From positions 1 through 48,065 of the forward strand of contig JANOQV010000023.1 of NCBI GenBank assembly GCA_031414955.1: DNA of 48,065 nucleotides, written 5' to 3'. This DNA comes from Pedosphaera sp. (lineage in GTDB: Bacteria; Verrucomicrobiota; Verrucomicrobiia; Limisphaerales; SIBH01). Each line of letters opens with the position of its first letter. Position 1 is the first letter of the stretch. Made by a program: the position numbers and the translations under genes. Below the pieces are notes generated by a model. It ran no database searches, was not told the origin of the DNA, and was given only the letters and a program-made list of their open reading frames with translations. Below, piece by piece: positions 44,899 to 48,065 of this stretch.

Positions 44899-46254
44899 TC
44901 AACCCACATAGCTGTAGTCGTACGGCCTCCGCATTTCGCGGGCGAGGTGGGGGTTGGCTTCCTTCGCGCCGTCGCCGGTGAAGATTTCCTTGGCCGGATC
45001 CCACTGGAGTTTGCGGCCCAGTTGCATGGCGATGATGATGAGATGGCCGACGACGGCCGAGCGATGCCCGTTTTCGACGTGGGCAATCGGGTCTTTGCGC
45101 GAGCGCACGCAGTCGAAGAAATTGCCCATGTGGTTGTTGCTCTCTTCGAGCTTGCTAGCACCGGCGGGCAACGGGGTCATGTAAATCTCCTCCTGGCTCG
45201 CTTTCAGATCGCCGCGATTCACCCAGAGCCAGCCCTCGGTGCCGGTGAAGCGGATGCCGTTGCGCTGGCCTTTGGGATCGATGATGCCCCCGAACGGACT
45301 GTCCGCTGTCGTGGTCTTGACGATCTGCCGGATGTCGCCGGCATAGGTCAGCGTGGCCTCGAATTCCTTGCACGTCGTGTAGCCGCCCGTGATCGGACCG
45401 ACCGTAGCCCTGGCCTCGACGGCGATGGGGCCGTCCTGTCCGATGGCCCAGCGGGCAATGTCGTTGTGATGCGCGCCCCAGTCCGTGACCGGTCCGCCGG
45501 CATAGTCCCACCACCAGCGGAACATGTTGCTCGTGCGCTCCTTCATGTAGCCGACCTGCGGTGCCTGGCCGAGCCAGAGATCCCAGTTCAAACCCGCCGG
45601 CACGTTCTGCCCGGTGGCGAACGGACCTTCGCGCAAGCCGGCGGGCACGAACACTTCCACGGTCTGAAGTTTGCCGATGCGCCCGTTGCGGACCAGTTCG
45701 CAGGCGAGCCGGAAGCGCCGGTCGCTGCGCTGCTGGGTGCCGGTCTGGAACACGATTTTGTTTTCGCGCACGGCCCGGATGACCTGCTTGCCTTCGTCGA
45801 TGGTCAGCGTGAGGGGTTTCTCGCCATACACATCCTTCTTCGCCCGCGCGGCCCCGATGTTGATCAAGGAATGCCAGTGATCAGGCGTGCCGTTGACGAT
45901 GATGTCCACGTCCTTGCGTTCGAGGATTTTTCGGAAGTCGCTGAAGGTGGCTGGTGCCTGGCCATCTTTCGTGTAACGAGCAGCCGTGCTCTTCAACGCG
46001 CTTTCCTTCACGTCGCAGAGCGCGACGACGTTGCCGAATTTGGCGGCCCCGGCCAGATCTCCGCCTCCTTGTCCGCCGCAGCCGATCAACGCGAGGCCCG
46101 GGCGGTTGTTTGGTGAAGTCGAGGGCGCGGCAATCTGATCCGCCGCGCGCGCAAGATCGCGCTCCACAAACCAGAGCGGCAACCCGGTGGCGGCGGCGGT
46201 GAGACTGGCTTGCTTGATAAACGAACGACGGGAGATCTGGAATGTGTTGGACAT
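44899..46254 (-). CDS. Tat-exported Gfo/Idh/MocA oxidoreductase
   Basis: SRRSFIK twin-arginine signal; IGCGGQG, TPDHWH, KDVYGEKPL, QTGTQQRS, DWGAHH.D. Confidence 0.93.
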   Translation of the reverse strand: MSNTFQISRRSFIKQASLTAAATGLPLWFVERDLARAADQIAAPSTSPNNRPGLALIGCGGQGGGDLAGAAKFGNVVALCDVKESALKSTAARYTKDGQAPATFSDFRKILERKDVDIIVNGTPDHWHSLINIGAARAKKDVYGEKPLTLTIDEGKQVIRAVRENKIVFQTGTQQRSDRRFRLACELVRNGRIGKLQTVEVFVPAGLREGPFATGQNVPAGLNWDLWLGQAPQVGYMKERTSNMFRWWWDYAGGPVTDWGAHHNDIARWAIGQDGPIAVEARATVGPITGGYTTCKEFEATLTYAGDIRQIVKTTTADSPFGGIIDPKGQRNGIRFTGTEGWLWVNRGDLKASQEEIYMTPLPAGASKLEESNNHMGNFFDCVRSRKDPIAHVENGHRSAVVGHLIIIAMQLGRKLQWDPAKEIFTGDGAKEANPHLAREMRRPYDYSYVG

Positions 46255-46308
46255 GGGCAGATTGAAATCACACTCCGTTCCACGGTCAAGGTGAAGTCCG
46301 TCCCGGCC

Positions 46309-46998
46309 TCAGGGCTTCGCCATCGGAACCCGATCCTCGAGTTCAAATTCGAAGTAAGCGAAGTTGTTGCCCTTGCCGTAGCGGAAGGTCAGGAGCTGCG
46401 GGCCGCTCTCCGGGAACTGGATGGTCCCGATGGTCGCGAGGTTCCACTGGTGATAATTCGCGGTCAGCACGGGCAGCCGGCAAGTTGCCGCCGGTTTGCC
46501 ATTGAGATCGAAGGTGACCGTGTTGGTCTCGAAGGCGTAAAGGGCTTTGATGCGATACGTGCCAGGACGCGCAACGTGGACCGTGTAGTTGCACCACTCG
46601 CCGTTCTCGGTCCAACCGAGGTAGAGCTGGTCGATGTGCGGGCTGACGAGATTTGTGTGGCTCCGGTCCGCCCCGTCCTTCACGAAGGAAATGTCCACGG
46701 CTTCGTCTTTTCGGAAGTGCCAGAGGTAGGCGCTGGCGTGGGCCTTCTGATGGCCGGGTTCGAGGTTGAGCCTGCCGCTGCCATTGTTGGTGGCATCGGT
46801 GTCGTGATAGGCGACGCCTTCGCCGCCGAGATCGTAAAGCGCGCACTGGACAAGGCCCGGGATGTTCGGCACGCCCGACTTGTGAACGGCGTCAGCGAAG
46901 GGCTGGCCCCGGTAATTCGCGGGGACTCGTGCATACACCAGAAAGCTCGGGCCGCAGAATACCAGGCTGAGAGCGGTAACAAGAATTCGGTGATTCAT
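46309..46998 (-). CDS. Secreted carbohydrate-binding protein (CBM6-like)
   Basis: Signal peptide; IPG.VQ...YDLGGEGVAYHDTD, GWTENGEWCNYTV.V..G.Y. Confidence 0.8.
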   Translation of the reverse strand: MNHRILVTALSLVFCGPSFLVYARVPANYRGQPFADAVHKSGVPNIPGLVQCALYDLGGEGVAYHDTDATNNGSGRLNLEPGHQKAHASAYLWHFRKDEAVDISFVKDGADRSHTNLVSPHIDQLYLGWTENGEWCNYTVHVARPGTYRIKALYAFETNTVTFDLNGKPAATCRLPVLTANYHQWNLATIGTIQFPESGPQLLTFRYGKGNNFAYFEFELEDRVPMAKP

Positions 46999-47077
46999 GG
47001 CGGCGAGTGTAACGAACCGCTCTGCAGCGTCAGCTTCAATCGCCCCGACCGGCAGCATCCAAATTTGGCGAAGGCGA

Positions 47078-47187
47078 CGGAGCGCGGGTTTTTAACCCGC
47101 AGCAACATTCTCCAGACAGGGGGTGCAAGAACTTGCCAGCACCGTTTTCCATTTTCACGCTGCTGCAGGTGGAAAACCCGCGCTCCG
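47078..47187. repeat. REPIN-like element (110 bp, 27-bp inverted arms)
   Basis: CGGAGCGCGGGTTTTTAACCCGCAGCA vs 47161-47187, 3 mismatches; same family as 6152-6262. Confidence 0.85.
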
Positions 47188-47253
47188 CAAATTAGGACAC
47201 TGTCCCCGACCCGGCGGCTTGACGCCCTCTGGCAAGTCCATACCCTCTTGGTC

Positions 47254-47652
47254 ATGGACCATGGCAAAAAGAAATCCTTCGGCTCGCGTGAAACGTCAAA
47301 GCAGGGACCGCCTCTCGGTTTGGTGATCGTGCTCGCCGCAGCCGGTGGTGTGATCCTCGGATCGGCAGCCACCTACTTTCTTACCCAGCCTCCGGCGTCG
47401 CCAAAGCAGGCCGCATCCCCCGCCGCGGGCGCACCGCCGCCAGCGCCCACGATCACCAAGTCGCCCTCCTCGCAGTTCACGCCCGCACCTCAGCCACCGG
47501 GCGAGGTGCCACCAGGAAAAGTGTGGTCCATGGAGCACGGCCATTGGCATGACGCCCCTGTGGCTCTGACGCCGCCCCCGCTGGCACCGGCCACGGTGGT
47601 TCCCAGTGCCACGACTACTCCAGCCCCCGCTGTGACTCCGGCGGCAAAGTAA
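47254..47652 (+). CDS. Membrane-anchored Pro-rich hypothetical protein with PPGKVWSxEHGHWH motif
   Basis: One TM helix, Pro/Ala-rich linker, His-rich motif; TTGACG-N16-TACCCT promoter-like sequence just upstream. Confidence 0.7.
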   Translation: MDHGKKKSFGSRETSKQGPPLGLVIVLAAAGGVILGSAATYFLTQPPASPKQAASPAAGAPPPAPTITKSPSSQFTPAPQPPGEVPPGKVWSMEHGHWHDAPVALTPPPLAPATVVPSATTTPAPAVTPAAK

Positions 47653-47885
47653 GAGTTGGCCCCGGCCCACCAAGGAACAGGCTCCGGACCAGGGCATTGT
47701 CTGGCAAAATCGTCTGCGGCGGTCTATTCGGCATTCACGCGTCGAGGTTGCTTCCTGGCCAAGGCTTCAAGCACTCCGCTCAAGAGTTCTCTTGGCCGTG
47801 CCGCCCGCAACTCGAAGTCCGCCAGTTTGAGTTTAGCCACGCTCAAAATTTCCGTCGGGTGGGATTGGCGAATGAGCTGTCGCGT

Positions 47886-47946
47886 TGCGAGCAAAGGCGA
47901 ACAGTGTGCGATCAAACCCGGACAAGCGTGCGAGCAAAGGCGAACA
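47886..47946. repeat. 18-bp direct repeat x2
   Basis: TGCGAGCAAAGGCGAACA at 47886-47903 and 47929-47946. Confidence 0.75.
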
Positions 47947-47999
47947 CTTTGCAGTCCCATTCCCGCGTCTGCGAGCGGAGTTGGACGTACTCGCGCCGT

Positions 48000-48065
48000 T
48001 TATTCGTGGTGGCGGGTGAGCGGCGGCAACGGGCTTCCGAACCACAGTTCGCGTTGCCGCCGGTC
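48000..48065 (-). CDS. Possible 3' end of a gene entering from the right edge
   Basis: Open frame ..DRRQRELWFGSPLPPLTRHHE*; too short to assign. Confidence 0.2.
   Translation of the reverse strand, partial: DRRQRELWFGSPLPPLTRHHE

Noticed and set aside
46210..47253. N-terminal part of the 480-aa plus-strand ORF
   Set aside because: Antisense to the CBM gene and crosses a REPIN; the real gene most likely starts at 47254
47886..47976. CRISPR array
   Set aside because: Only two full 18-bp repeats (shorter than typical CRISPR repeats) and no cas genes in the window

Overview
This GC-rich bacterial window is probably Verrucomicrobiota (Pedosphaerales/Limisphaerales-like), inferred from gene families such as the H-X9-DG prepilin-like protein, the lamin-tail/CotH giant protein, the ECF-kinase pair and the ArgA type. 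Housekeeping and metabolic content: an RND efflux pair, a TIM-barrel isomerase, two cupins, pyrH, 2-oxoacid dehydrogenase E2/E3, argA, a GH39-like hydrolase, glcDEF plus lactate permease, a VKOR-DsbA fusion, a Tat oxidoreductase and a CBM protein. One complete ISAs1 element (15-bp IRs, 10-bp TSD) sits upstream of pyrH. The best candidate for an undescribed system is a ~9 kb cassette at 26085-34978. It contains an ECF sigma factor (frameshifted here), a membrane Ser/Thr kinase-WD40, a signal-peptide-bearing phage-tailspike-like fibre with a Peptidase_G2-like chaperone tail, an M6 metalloprotease and a small secreted partner. An identically spaced motif, CGTCATC-N14-CCGAT-N8-GTGAAC, precedes both the kinase and fibre genes, and decayed sugar-catabolism gene remnants flank the cassette. 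Also seen: REP/REPIN-like elements and heptamer repeats (some inserted in-frame in genes), a shared C-terminal R-[FY]-[FY]-[RH] domain on three secreted proteins, and several apparently leaderless genes. All product calls come from motif recognition, not database searches.
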